Source of the DNA: Lama guanicoe
Taxonomy: Eukaryota
Direction of reading: 5' to 3'
Assembly: GCA_013239625.1 (NCBI GenBank)
Contig: MU054400.1
Coordinates: 2,330,282 to 2,394,281, forward strand
Length of the DNA stretch: 64,000 bases
The translations under genes were made by a program, and so were the position numbers. Shown here one piece after another: positions 13,401 through 25,619 of this stretch. The notes beneath the pieces were generated by a model. It ran no database searches, was not told the origin of the DNA, and saw only the letters and a program-made list of their open reading frames with translations. The stretch's first letter is position 1; each line of letters begins with the position of its first letter.

Positions 13401-13509
13401 TGCACTCCTTTTTGGAAAGCAGATTTGGAGCCTTCCTCCTCTTTTTATTCCGATGACACTTCCAACTTAGATGAATTATCTGTGGTTTTAAAAGAAGGAC
13501 ATTTCCTTA

Positions 13510-13510
<1 letters not shown>

Positions 13511-13540
<30 letters not shown>
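13511..13540 (+). repeat. (AAC)10 microsatellite
   Basis: Direct read. Confidence 0.97.
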
Positions 13541-13542
<2 letters not shown>

Positions 13543-14749
13543 AATCTGCATACAAAATATAAGTAAATAAATCCTGTGGCATATTAATTAAAAATCGAGT
13601 AACATTTCCCAAGTTCCACCATAACAGCACTTGCAGGATTTTAATCTAACATTTAATGTAACAAAATCCTGTGATGCTCCTTGGGGTAGTTTTACTTTTG
13701 AAAAAAATGCCTTTTTCCATTTGGTAGGAAATGTCTGTGTTTATGCATAAGCTTAATACCAAAGATGGAGAATTCTGGTGCGTTTTAAATTGTATTACAC
13801 CATTCTGTCATGTGCTTGGAACCAACTAAAATTTGTATTTTACATATACGTATGTGTATCTATCTATGAATAAATATAATTTTAGAATTCTAGATCAGGG
13901 CTGACAGTGGCCTTGGTACCCAGTGAGCAGCCCAACTCACTCACTTGGCAAGTAGGCTGATCTCACAAAGCAGTTCTTTGTTGTCTTTTGGAGAAATAGT
14001 GCATTTCTGTTCTTTCTGCAGTGGAGTGTTTTCTGAGAATTATTTCATGCCAAATCATATTGATGACATGCCAGCAGCATATAGAATTTAGGCAACTTCA
14101 ACTCATGCTTTTGAAGCATTTAGAATTAATTTTAATCTCCACATTTCTGTTTTCCAAAGAAACACACACAAGTACACACACACTCCTGGGTTCACAATTT
14201 GCTTACTGGTTGTGTTAACCAAAGAGCGTTTGTTTGTTTGTTTATTCCTGTTCTTTCCCTCCACACAGTGGAGATGGGTGGGCTGCAGGCTCTTTCCAAA
14301 GGTCTATGAGACATTGTAGAATGTGTGAGTTTGTGATGGTGGGTCTTGAGAAGGGGCTGTTTCATGAGGAGAACTCCACAGAGAGTGGAAAACCTTTCTG
14401 AGAAGAAAGAAGTTTCCTTCTCATTTCTCTGCAATCGCTGAGCAAGTGCTGGCGTCCATTTCTTCCTCAGCGCTCTTTTGGGAAGGGAAGCTAGTGGACA
14501 CTTACATTCCTCCATGTATTATAAAGATATGGTGATGCTGGGATTTATGAACATATGTTAGGGATGATGGTGAGCACTCAAAATTCCACATGATTTAAAA
14601 ATGATAAAATACCATTAGGCCTCCTTTAAAAAAAAAAAACGAACAGAAAAACCAAACAAAAAAACCACTTTATCCCAGTGGTTAAAGCTGTGGTGTTGTC
14701 AAATACTCCTTTTTCTGTGCAACTCCTGTAACTGACTGTCAACGCTAAT

Positions 14750-14975
14750 AAGAATAATCATGGCAGAACTTGTTGAGTATATATTCCTGTTGTAGGCACA
14801 GTGCTAAGTACTTTACATGCATTATTTCATTTAGTATTTGCAACAGTCTTATGAGGTAGGTATTTTTATTTACAAACGAGCAAATTGAAGTTCAGAGAAG
14901 CGAAATAAGTTGCCCAAGATCACACAGTAATAAGAAATAGAGCTGGAAATCATACTCAAGTGTTTCTGACTCCAG
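14750..14975 (-). mobile_element. MIR SINE
   Basis: 'aggcacagtgctaagtactttacatg...tgaggtaggta...aagttgcccaagatcacacag...tctgactccaga'. Confidence 0.9.
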
Positions 14976-15269
14976 AAACACTTTTTTAAACACTTCTCAA
15001 TCTTTGTTAAATCATTTTATTCCAGAAGAATTTTCAGCTTTTATTTACCTGGTCAAATTAGAGCAACAGCTTTTAGTTCTCAACTGTGTCCTAACACAAT
15101 GTTTTATTTTGACATAGCTCTAACATGTGAAGAAAAACTTTATTTTCATAATAATAGCAAACACCTGTTTAGTGCTTATTTTCTAAAGCCCTGTCCTGTG
15201 CTTATTCTCACTAATCCTAATGTCCATCCTGCAAGGCCATGTATGGAAAAGACGGTCCTAGACCACTAA

Positions 15270-15390
15270 CACATTCAGAAACCGAGATGCTAGTTTAAAA
15301 TGCAGATTTCTGGGTCCCCCGTGGACTGGGATAAGAATCTGGAGAGTCAGATGGGACTCAGGAAATTGCCTTGTAATAAGCTTTCAAGTA
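15270..15390. mobile_element. MER5-type hAT-Charlie fragment
   Basis: 'tttaaaatgcagatttctgggtcccc...agaatct' MER5 core. Confidence 0.6.
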
Positions 15391-15559
15391 TATGAATGAG
15401 TAGAAAGACAAACATGAATTTTGGAATCAAACCTTGATTTTTATCTCAGTTTTAACACTTTCTAATTGTATGACCTTAGGCAAGCTGTTTACAGAGCTGT
15501 AGTGAAGATTAAATTTATATTGTGTGTAAAAACAGTGATGTTTTAGAGTTCTAATAGTG

Positions 15560-15770
15560 ATGAAAGCTAATGCTTTTGGAGCCCTTACTATGTGCCAGAC
15601 GCTGTGCTAAGCATGTCCCTTTAACAACTCACTGAAGCTTCACAGCAACCACATAAGGAGGGCTGTCATTATTCCTAATTTACAGAAGAGGAGGCTGAAG
15701 CACAGAGATTAAGCTGAGGCAGGATTTGATAGCAGGGAGTCTGGCTCCAGGACTGTACCCTAACCTCTGT
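15560..15770 (-). mobile_element. MIR SINE (a + strand MIR fragment precedes it at ~15420-15530)
   Basis: 'cttactatgtgccagacgctgtgctaagc...tttacagaagaggaggctgaagcacagaga...gtctggctccag'. Confidence 0.88.
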
Positions 15771-16021
15771 AACAGCTGTCTCTCCTAGTAGGTATTTACT
15801 GACTGTTACATCCCTTTGGACCATCTTATAAAAATGACAGCAACAAAACTGATGTACATGCTAGGTGCAAAACAATGAGAGCTTTTTCCTTTTGGCCCAG
15901 AACATGTAAGCCCTATGCGGCACATTTCTCTTTAAGATTATTCATTCAGTCCAGGATCAGATGTGTGTGTTAGGTAAGACCTGGCAGAGATCTGTTTGGG
16001 TTGTCTCATGGCTTGCTTTGC

Positions 16022-16209
16022 ATAGAGTTACTCAAAATCTGATCCATGGACTTGCTGCATCAGCATCACCTGGTGGCTTGTTAGAAAGGCAAATTCTTGG
16101 GCCCCACCCTAAACCAATGAACTAGAGTTCCTGGGCATGGGGCCCAGCAATCTCTTTTGACGGGTTCTGCAGGTGACATTGATGCAACATCCTAAAGTCA
16201 AGAACCACT
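16022..16209. mobile_element. MER5A hAT-Charlie DNA transposon
   Basis: 'gcatcagcatcacctgg..gcttgttagaaaggcaaattcttgggccccaccc...ggggcccagcaatct...agaaccact'. Confidence 0.88.
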
Positions 16210-18839
16210 TGTTTACAGCATGAAGCAAGAAATGTTTTTCTTTAAGGTTTATAAAAGTAAAAATGTTGACCTGTCTTTACTTTTGGTGATTTAGCTAGAA
16301 TTATGGTTGATCTTCTTGGGAGACAGTGTATTCATTGAGGGAACAGAGAATGCCTCGGTTCAGGCACAACTAGTATTGGGCGTACTAATATATAAATCAG
16401 ACGTAGTTCTGGTAGCAATAACGTTGCAGTCTAGTGAGAAGGAAAAGTTGGGTACATCAGATCAGAACATGGTGCACAAAAGCACTGCTGCTGAAGTGGA
16501 GAAGCATCTGTATCAGATGGTTAATAGAAATTTATTAGAAAATTTAGAGTAACTTCATTTAAGGGTAGAAATAACAACAGTTATGAGGATTTTGCCCTCA
16601 AAGCCAGACATGGTGGGGGAACTACTTATTAGTGGCTACATATAACGGTAAACAGCATATGCGGAATCTAGGGGAGAAGCACCTAACCTACAGCAAATGA
16701 TGAGTTAGGTCAAATCAGGGAAGACTTCCTGGAGGAGAAAGTCAAATACCCACAGCAGAATCTGAAAAAATGGGTTATAAATTACACAGTTTATAAAAGA
16801 TTTTCCAGAAAGAAAGGGCAGCGGAGTCCAGAAACAGTACGTAAAGGGCAGTGCTTCCCATCTTTTAGGAAGTGATGGCTCTTAAGGAAAAGATAACCTT
16901 CACAAGGCACCCTATAATACGTTGTGGCACTCAGGTTGGTATCTCTGATCTGGGGACTATAGGCTATTCACAACCAGAGAGTATAGGAAGAGGCTGAGAG
17001 GGGGGTTTGGAGAGCTGGCAGTGGAAGAGATGGCAGATATCATCTCAGGAATGATTTCAGTGTGTAAAGTGAGATCAACTGCCACTTCAAAGGAAATGAA
17101 ATTATTATTATTTTTTAGACAGTATTTCTTACAAATCATTGGGAGACATCTGGCCTCTCCTCTAGCAGGTGAGGTGCTGAACAAACTTTTCCCTTGCCCC
17201 TTTGGATGTGTCAGGGACCCCTTTCCTTGGGTCCACAGGGGAGGCCATGTGCTGTTGCTATGAGAAAGTACGACTCCAAAGGAGCACGTGCTGGAAATCG
17301 TGGTCCCTATGAGTAAAGACTCCTCTTTTCATTTTCTCTGTGCGGGATGAGAAATGTCAAACCTTGCTCCACTGAAAACACCTTTGATCAAACTCATTTG
17401 GGCTTTCATTTTAAGAGCCACACTGTCTGGGAAGAATTGGCACAGTTTAAATAGAAATCTCATCTAAAAGTTGTCTTACAAGAACTATGTGGCTTAAATA
17501 TTTGTATTCATTTCTCTATATGTGTCTCTTTTCTTAGAATCAGACCTGCCAGCCAGGTTATATAGGGACACCCCATCTGCCCAAAAAAGAAAACTGGGGC
17601 CTTGGCCACTGGACAATTTCCTCTGCCTCCTTCCCTGCTGGGCCTTTTTTTAATAAATCTGAGCACAGAGAGCAGAGGCAGCAGGAAGGGTGGTAAGATT
17701 TATATTAGAAAAGCTTAAAAAAAAGTTTTTGTTGGGGAGGATATGACAGAAATGGGGAGAACAATTTTTAAAAATGTTTTTAATTGCTTTTTAAAATTAA
17801 AAACATTTAAAAAATGTTTTTAATTGCAATTTTTAAAAATGTTTTTAATTGCTGTGTTTCTGAGAGTGGTGAAATAAATGAGGGGGAAGCTTCTAGAATA
17901 GCTTTAATTTCTTGCTTTAAGTTAGTCTGTAAAATTATAGAGGATGATTTTGTTATTAGATGCCAGGCCTCCCTGTTGGGGCCATAGCTGAACAGAAGCA
18001 CCAGACCCCACACCCCCACCCCGCCCAGTGCAAGTAAGACAGGCTTTTAGTCAATGGCCAGAGCATGGAGAAGGGGAGTTCACGCTCTAAAGGCACCTTC
18101 TTCCCAGAGGGAGGGGAGTAAGGGAATTTCCAGGGTTAAGAGGCAGAGGCAGACAGGTATCACGCTCTAGGAAAGGAGTGGAGATTTCCAGGGGCAGCTG
18201 TGGCATGCACAGTCTTCCACACTCCTTTGCATAGACAGGGTACAAGTGCCTAGCAGGGTACAAGCGCCCCCTTTGGGTGGAGATCTTAGCATGGTAATGA
18301 AGCAAAGGTAACTCTTGGTCACCTCTGCAGACGCCTTCCTGTGGTCAAGTGAGAGCCAGCTTGGGAACGTTGACTACTGTCTATCTCTCAAAGCATGTAT
18401 CTCTCAAAGTACAGCTGCAAAGCATCTTGCCAAACACCAGGTACTTTTGAAACAAACACAGATAAATTAGGCAAGTGTCCAGATCTCAGGGGTTGGTATG
18501 GAAATAAAGTGATAAATTAAGGCAAAGAAAGTGGTGACCTGTGGCTTACTTTGCCCACCATCTTGGATGGAGCCGGTTCAGTCTGGTTTTGTCACAGGCC
18601 TCTGTGGCAGCCTGTTGATAAAACACAGCTAGCCTATAAGGTTAAAACAAACAAACAACAACAAAAAAACAAACAACCCAGTCTCTGCATCTGGGGCCTG
18701 GGCTGCATAGCATGGGTGACAATTTCATATGTTCTATTTTTTCCTACTTTAAACTGGAAGTTGGTTCTGTGAGGTCATGTTTGGGTGAGAAAGTATGAGA
18801 AGACTTAACAGAGAGGATGGAATTTATAGCATTAGCTTT

Positions 18840-19480
18840 TCAGGAAAGCTATGGTAAAATATACATTAACATAAAATTTACCATCTAAATCATTTTTTAG
18901 TGTACAATTCAGTGATGTTAAGTACATTCACATAGTTGTGCAATCTCCAGAACTCCTGTCATCTTGCAAAACTGAAATTCTGTGCCCATTAAGTGACTCC
19001 CATTGCCCCCTTTCTCCAGCCCCTGGTAACCACTCTTCTATTTTCTGTCTCTATGAATTTGACTACTCTTGGTACCTCATCTAAGTGGAATCATACAGCG
19101 TTTATCTTTTTGTGATTTTGTGATTGGCTCATTTCCCTTAACATAATGTGCTCAAAGTTCATCCATGTCATAGCATATGTCAAATGCCCTCCCTTTTCAA
19201 GGCTAAGTAATATTTCATTGTATGTATACCACATTTTGTTTATCCATGTATCTCCTGTTGGACACTTGGGTTGCTTCTACCTTTTGGCTATTGTGAATAA
19301 TGCTACAATAAGCATGGGTATACAAATGTCTCTTCTAAACCCTGCTTTCAATTATTTTGCATATGTACTCAGACATGGAATTACTAGATCATATGGTAAT
19401 TCTATTTTTGATATTTTGAGGAATTGCCATGCTGTTTTCCATAGTGGCCACATCATTTTACATTCTCACCAATAGTGCAC
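18840..19480 (-). mobile_element. L1MB-like 3' end
   Basis: Antisense L1 3' end 'aacataaaatttaccatc...gtgtacaattcagtg...ggacacttgggttgcttctaccttttggctattgtgaataatgct'. Confidence 0.92.
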
Positions 19481-19531
19481 TTGTTATGTTCTTTCCTTTC
19501 TTTCTTTTTTTAAAAGAAATGTGTGAAAAGT

Positions 19532-19760
19532 TGTATTAGTAAGCTATAGCTGCAAAATAAAACTCGGTGGGTTAAAACAACAATCTTGTATTATTGCTTA
19601 TGAATCTGCATAGTGCCAGCTTGGATTAGGATCAGCTGGGTGGTCCTCTGGTTTTGGCTGGGTTCACCCACACACCTGGAGTCAACAGCTGGATTGTCTG
19701 TGGGAGTCAAGGGAGGGCCCCGCTTGGGGACTGGAGACTGCATGTGACAGGGATGAACCA
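19532..19760 (-). mobile_element. Old MLT1 LTR fragment
   Basis: 'tgtattagtaagctatagctgc...ttaaaacaacaat...tgaatctgc...cagctgggtggtcctct'. Confidence 0.65.
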
Positions 19761-19911
19761 CCCTGCTGGTTTTGTATGTTTAGCACAGATATTTGAAAAT
19801 TCTTAAAAATACTGAAAGTAAGAATGAGAAGTCCATGAATGAATTTTCCTCAGACTGTTTTTCAGATAACCTTGGGGTTTAACCACAAACGTGCCAAATA
19901 CTAATTTTAAA

Positions 19912-20160
19912 AATTATTTTTGAATTTTGGAATAATTTTAGGTTTATAGTAAAGTTGCAACAGCAGCACAGAGAGTTCCTGAATATCCTTTACTCAGCCT
20001 CCTCTAATGTTAACATCCTACGTTACTGTGGTACATATGTCAAAACGAACAAACCAGTTGGTACATTACCATTAACTAAACTCTAGACTTTCAGCCGTTT
20101 TTCCATTAATGTTCTTTTCCTGTTCCAGGATACAATCTAGGAAACCACACTTCATTTAGA
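19912..20160 (-). mobile_element. L1MC/MD-like 3' end
   Basis: 'aataattttaggtttatagtaaagttgcaa...cagcctcctctaatgttaacatc...ttccagga'. Confidence 0.8.
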
Positions 20161-20171
20161 CAACTATTACC

Positions 20172-21330
20172 TTTAATTTTTAAAGCACTTTTAGGTTCAT
20201 AGCAAAATTGAGATGAAGGTACAGAGATTTCTCAGTTCCTACTCATGTGTGGCCTTCCCCATTATCAACATCTCTTACCAGGATGACATAATTGTTACAA
20301 CTGATGGAATTACACTGACAGATCGTAATTACCCAAAGTCTATAGTTTACATTGGGGTTCATTCTTGGTGTTATACATTCTGTGTGTTTGGACAAATGTA
20401 TAATGACAAGTATCCATCTTTATAGTATCACACAGAATAATTTCACTGCCCTAAAAATCCTCTGTGTTTCACCTAACCATCCCTCCTTCCCACTCCCCAA
20501 TCCCTGGCAAACACGAGTCTTTTTGCTATCTCTATAGTTTTGCCTTTTCCAGAGTGTCATATAGTTGGAATCATATAGTATGTAGCCATTTCAGATTGGC
20601 TTCTGTAACTTTGCAATATGCATTTAATTTTCCTCCGTATTTTTTCATGACTTGATAGTGCATTTCTGTTTTGGCACTGAATAACCTTCCATTGTTTGGA
20701 TGTGCCACAGTTTATTTATACATTCACCTACTGAAGGACATTTTAGTTACTTCCAAGTTTGGACAATTATGAATAAAGCTGCTGTAAATATCCATGTGCA
20801 GTTTCTCGTGTGGACATATGTTTTCATCTCCTTTGGGTAAATACCAAGGAGTGTAACTACTCTGTCATATGTTAAGAGTATGTTTAGTTTTATAAGAAAC
20901 CGCCAAGCTGTCCTCCAAAGTGTCTTGTACCATTTTGTGTTCCCACTAATTTTGTATGAGAGTTCCCGCTGCTCTACATCCTTGCCAGCATTTAGTGTTG
21001 TGAGTGTTCCAGATTTTGGACATTCTAACAGCGGTATGGTGCTATGTCATTGTTTTAACTTGTACTTCCCTAGTGGCATATGGTGTGGAACATCTTTTCA
21101 TATGTTTATTTGCCACTTGCATATCTTCTTTGATGAAGTGTCTGTTGAGGTCTTTGGCTCATTTTTTAATTGGGCTGTTTATTTTCTTATTGTTGCGTTT
21201 TCAGGGGTTTTTGTATATTCTGGGTAGCAGTCTTCTATCAGATGCGTCTTTTGCAAATATTTTTTCCCAGACTGTGGCTTGCCCTCTTCTCTTGACTTTT
21301 TCACAGAGCAGAAGTTTTTATTTTCAACCA
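20172..21330 (-). mobile_element. L1MC1-like 3' region
   Basis: 'ttttaggttcatagcaaaattgag..gaaggtacagagatttc' terminus, continuing through antisense ORF2 3' end to 'ttcacagagcagaagtttt'. Confidence 0.92.
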
Positions 21331-24039
21331 TTAATTTTAACTGTTAAAAAATTCTCCAATGAAGAGGCACATCACGATGAAACAGCTCTTGATGGAAGAC
21401 ACCTTGGTTGTTCTGTGAGGAGTCCCCCACTTGGAGTGGTGCATTCTCTCAGGTCTTAGCTAACTCTGGCCATGTCGTGTTAGTCAGTCAAGTCGAATTG
21501 CATCTGTTGGCTTCCTAATGTCGCGTGGCACTGAGGCGTTTGTTCCTTCAACTTTCCAAGCTTCAGAAAACCTCCCTCTTTCCTGAGCCTCTTTCCGATG
21601 CTGAGCTTCCCTTTTTCAGGGGCGCCCAGGCGGTTTTCTCACATCCCCAGAAGGCCTCTCCTTGCCCACACAACTCCTTTCTCAAGCCTCTGGTAAAATG
21701 CATGGGATTGAATGTATGTGACTGTTACCATCAGATTCCTGGTTTAGAGCTGTGACTCTCAGTGGTGGGGACGGGGGTGGCGGAACGGGAGGGGCTGCGG
21801 AGGGGAAAGGCTCTTTCACGCTCCGCTTGGCTTCCCTGCCCACTTTAGAACGACTGCTATTGATGTGAACATGATGTATCTTTTGTTAGGTTTCCCCCCA
21901 AATAAAACCCAAACAAACGCTGGTTATTAGGGGAGTTGGTTAAATAATTAAGCTTTTTGTCTTTCTACAAATGTAATAAGTCTGTTCTCCTAGAGACAGA
22001 GATAGCAGGCTCCTGCTGTACCCCTTGTTTGATCCTTTTTTTTTTTCCTGCAGGTCATTCTGAGTCCTTCCCCACTATTTCGACTTCAGGGCCTTCTCCA
22101 GAGCCATAACTTACTTCAGGGCTGTGCTGTCATGCCAGATATGAGCTGCGGGCAATGAAGCAACAGAAGGCTGGTCCCAGAGGCCCTGGAACTTGTTTTC
22201 TTGGCCAGTCCCTGATGTCAACCAGCCCTGGGTCATTTGCTGTCTCCTCAAAAGGGAGAGTGGGGCACGCACAGCTGCCTGACCCCTGGGCTGGACGATG
22301 TGCCTGCCTTTCTAGCGAGCTAATCAGCAAAGGCAAAGGCAGAGGCAGAAGCAGTTTCCCCCCCTCAAGTGATTTCTTGCCTCCAGAAAGTTATTATCTT
22401 CCCGGGTGCACTCAGTGACTCATGACTTGTCAGCACCACTCAAAACATTATTGTTTCTGTCCACAGGACACAACACATGTGCTTCCACTTACAGTTTGTG
22501 CTTTCATTGCACGCACACCTAATACCACCCAGTCAATTGCCAGCCCTTTATGCACACTCGCAGTGGAGGTGTGAAACTTGGTTAAGATATGCCAGAATTT
22601 CTGTAATAAGCAGTACAGTCTTCCTTGGGGCCACAAGAAGATCTTAAATAGAAGCAAATTATTGCTTTGCTCAAAATGCAATAGAAATTTACAGAGTAAC
22701 CGGAAGAAACCTATAGAACTCACTACAGAGCTCTCTAGGTGATTAAGTCAAATTTGAACACCAAAGTAAGTGTGCAAATCCTTTTTCGCTCCTAAATTGG
22801 TAAAGTTTTCAAGCCTAGAGGGTTAGGTGTGTCCCAGCCCATTTTTCTCTTTTTGTCTGGATTGAGTTTCTTCCTAAATATTTCATGCCGTCCTCTGTGT
22901 CCTGCAGGCCCAGCTGTCTGCTCTCTCTCTGTTAATTTGTGCTGTTAAACGGTTTGCAAGGACTTCCTTTCCAAGTACCTCAATGTCAAGCTACTTCTAT
23001 TACTCCTAGGACTTGCTGCCCTCACCTTGCTATCTTAGGAGCTCACTTTCTTTCTTTTCTGTTTGTTTTTTCTCTGTTCCCCATGATTTATTCCACTCAG
23101 GCTAGCCAGTATCTGGCACAGAGGCAAATACCAGGCTGCTAACAGATGTCACTGAATAAATGCATTGAATGAATGCTCTCTCACTTAAGGCTGCATCTTT
23201 TGACATGGTCTCTACTGAGTTTTTCTCTGGTTTATGTATTCTTTTAATGGGTATCAGGTTACCAGACTGTTTAAACAAAAATACTAGATCCTCTTGAAAA
23301 ATTTGACCCCCAAATCCAAGATATTAGAAGTTTATAGAAGACAATGTGTATTGCATTTTTATCTGACAGCAGATCGTGCAACTTTGCATCTGTTTTTTGT
23401 TTTTCAAACATTTGTCTTTTGTTTTTTAATAATTGTGAGACCTGTTGTTTAAAACACACACATACTCTCAGTTCAATTCCACAGGGTGTGCACATCCACA
23501 AGCATCTGAAGTTTTAGAGTAAGTGTTCAACTTAACCAGCAAAGGATTATAGCTTTTATTCGAAGAAGGTCATCACATTGGGTAAAGAAAGATGTAGTTA
23601 CTGCATCATGGCTTCCCTTGGACCCCAGACTCCCTAATAGGATGGGGCAGCTGAGGTACTTGGTTCCTTTGAGGTAGGGTCTTACCAAGCCTGAAAACCT
23701 CAGTTCTTATTTTGCTACTGCCCTTTTGTCCATATTCCGAATCTCTTATCTTTCATCTCCCTTTTAGCTCCCAATCTGTGCTTCTATTTTCATGATATTT
23801 ACAAACATCAAGTTCTCATAGCTCTTAATCCAAATGCCGAATCTAGAAGCCCACATCTCACCTGGGGATGAAAAGCAGAGCCCAGGGCTTTCGGTAAAAT
23901 GTTCCACCCTCCAAGGTCCAGCATTGTGAGAAGCCCACTTCACCGAGAATTTTGCTGACTTGGCAATCTCTTGTGACCAAAATCTTGCAGGTTATCTGTG
24001 ATAATCACAGACTCTCTCCACATTAGGTCCTGACAAAGG

Positions 24040-24398
24040 GTCAGCTCCGGCTGCCATAACAAGATACCACGACTAAGTGGCTTAAACCATAGTAATTAAT
24101 TTTCTCACAGTTCTGGAGGCTGGAAGTCCAAGTTCAAGATGTTGGCAGGTTTGGTTTCTCCTTGGCTTGCAGATGGCTGCGTTTCTGCTTTCTTCACGTG
24201 GCCTTTCTCTGTGCACATGCACCCCTGGTGTCGCTGCTTCTTCTTGTAAAGACAATAATCCTACTGGATTAGGGTCCCATTCTTATGACTGCTTTTAACC
24301 ATGATCATCTCTTTAAAGGCCCTTTCTCCAAATATAGTCACAATATGGGTGAGGGATTCAATATATGAATTTTAGGGAGCACAGTTCAGTCCATAACA
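24040..24398 (-). mobile_element. MaLR solo LTR (MLT1A/B-like)
   Basis: 'ggctgccataacaagataccac...ctcacagttctggaggctggaagtccaag...ttcagtccataaca' (LTR start TGTTATGGACTGAA on minus). Confidence 0.93.
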
Positions 24399-24489
24399 GA
24401 CAGAATACTGAACCATAGTTAACCAATTTGGGATAGCAGATTTTCTGCTGAAAAAACATTTCTGTCTGTATGCTATAAAGTGTCTTGGG

Positions 24490-24725
24490 TTTTGTAGCCA
24501 AGACATCTGGTTTCATATCCTTGCTCTGCCACCTTCTAGCTGTGAGACCTTGGGCAAGTTACTTATGCTCTCTCTGCCCCAGTCTTTGTATCTGCAGAAT
24601 GGGGATTATAAAAGTATCTAGCTCATCAGGTTGTTATGAGGATGAAATGAGTTAAAATGTGTAAAGTGCTTATTTTGATTAATAGCATATAAGAATTGCT
24701 CAGTGAATGTTAGCTATTTTTGTTA
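24490..24725 (+). mobile_element. MIR SINE, near full length
   Basis: 'ctctgccaccttctagctgtgagaccttgggcaagttactta...ttatgaggatgaaatgag...tgttagctatt'. Confidence 0.93.
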
Positions 24726-24741
24726 TCAAGAAATTACTTCC

Positions 24742-25290
24742 AGTTATGGACTGAAGTGTGTTGAAGCCCTAACCCCCAGTACCTCAGAAAGTAACAGTGT
24801 TTGGGGATAGGGCTTGTAAAGGGGTGACTAAGTTAAAATGAGGCTATTAGGGTGAACTTTAATCAAATATGATTAGTGTCCTTATATTTTTTAAACATTT
24901 TATGTATTTATTATTGTATTATTTAATTATTTTATTTTGGTGTGGGGGGCTAATTAGGTTTATTTATTTTTAGAGGAGGTACTGGGGATTGAACCCAGGA
25001 CCTCGTGCATGCTAAGCATGTGCTCTACCACTGAGCTATACCCTCCCCCTGATTTAGTGTCCTTATAAGTCGAAGGAGAGACACCAGGGGTGCACGTGCA
25101 CAGGAGGACACATTGTGGGAAGAGGCATCAAGAAGGTGTTCATCTGCAAGCGAAGAAGAGAGGCCTTAGAATAATCCGACCTTGCCAGCACCTTGACCTT
25201 AGACGTCTAGCCTCCAGAGGTATGAGAAAATTTACTTCTGTTGTTTAAGCCACCCAGTCTGTGATATTTTATTATGTCAGCCCAAGCACT
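24742..25290 (+). mobile_element. MaLR solo LTR (MLT1B-like) interrupted by a SINE
   Basis: 'gttatggactgaa...gaagccctaacccccagtacctcag...ttctgttgtttaagccacccagtctgtgatattt'. Confidence 0.92.
24887..25049 (-). mobile_element. tRNA-derived camelid SINE (vic-1 type)
   Basis: Minus strand GGGGGAGGGTATAGCTCAGTGGTAGAGC (A box)...GGGTTCAATCCCC (B box) with A-rich tail. TSD tgattagtgtccttata (24870-24886) / tgatttagtgtccttata (25050-25067). Confidence 0.93.
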
Positions 25291-25619
25291 CCCTAGAAAG
25301 AACGAGCTTGATGGCGTCCAAACTATCTCTTCCTAGTTTCAGAGAATTAGGAGGGTATTCCTTTTGCTATGAAGATAACAACCAGAAGAAAGTCACTCCA
25401 TCAAAAGAAGTGATCTCATGAACAAGCAGAAAAGGGCGCTGTGAGTTTTTGAAAGAGAATCACTTTCTCTTACTGAGGAGGATACTTCTGTCACACATTT
25501 GTGCTCTTGGGAGAAATGAGTTTGATAACCTGCTACGTAATCCTTCTTAGATGCAAATATAACTGTTGCAATGCACACCTTATCACATAGTCTAAGATTT
25601 TTCAGAAATAAAAACATTT

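Noticed and set aside
12786..13405. Overlapping ORFs of up to 164 aa in the CpG island
   Set aside because: Expected from stop-codon scarcity in GC-rich DNA; no recognisable protein.
17762..17852. CRISPR-like repeat-spacer array
   Set aside because: Eukaryotic context, irregular AT-rich repeats, no unique spacers or cas genes.
19146..21459. ORFs of 109-151 aa on +
   Set aside because: Antisense frames of L1 3' regions.
24887..25049. tRNA gene (also 28136-28290)
   Set aside because: A-rich tail, TSDs and a second near-identical copy show these are SINEs.
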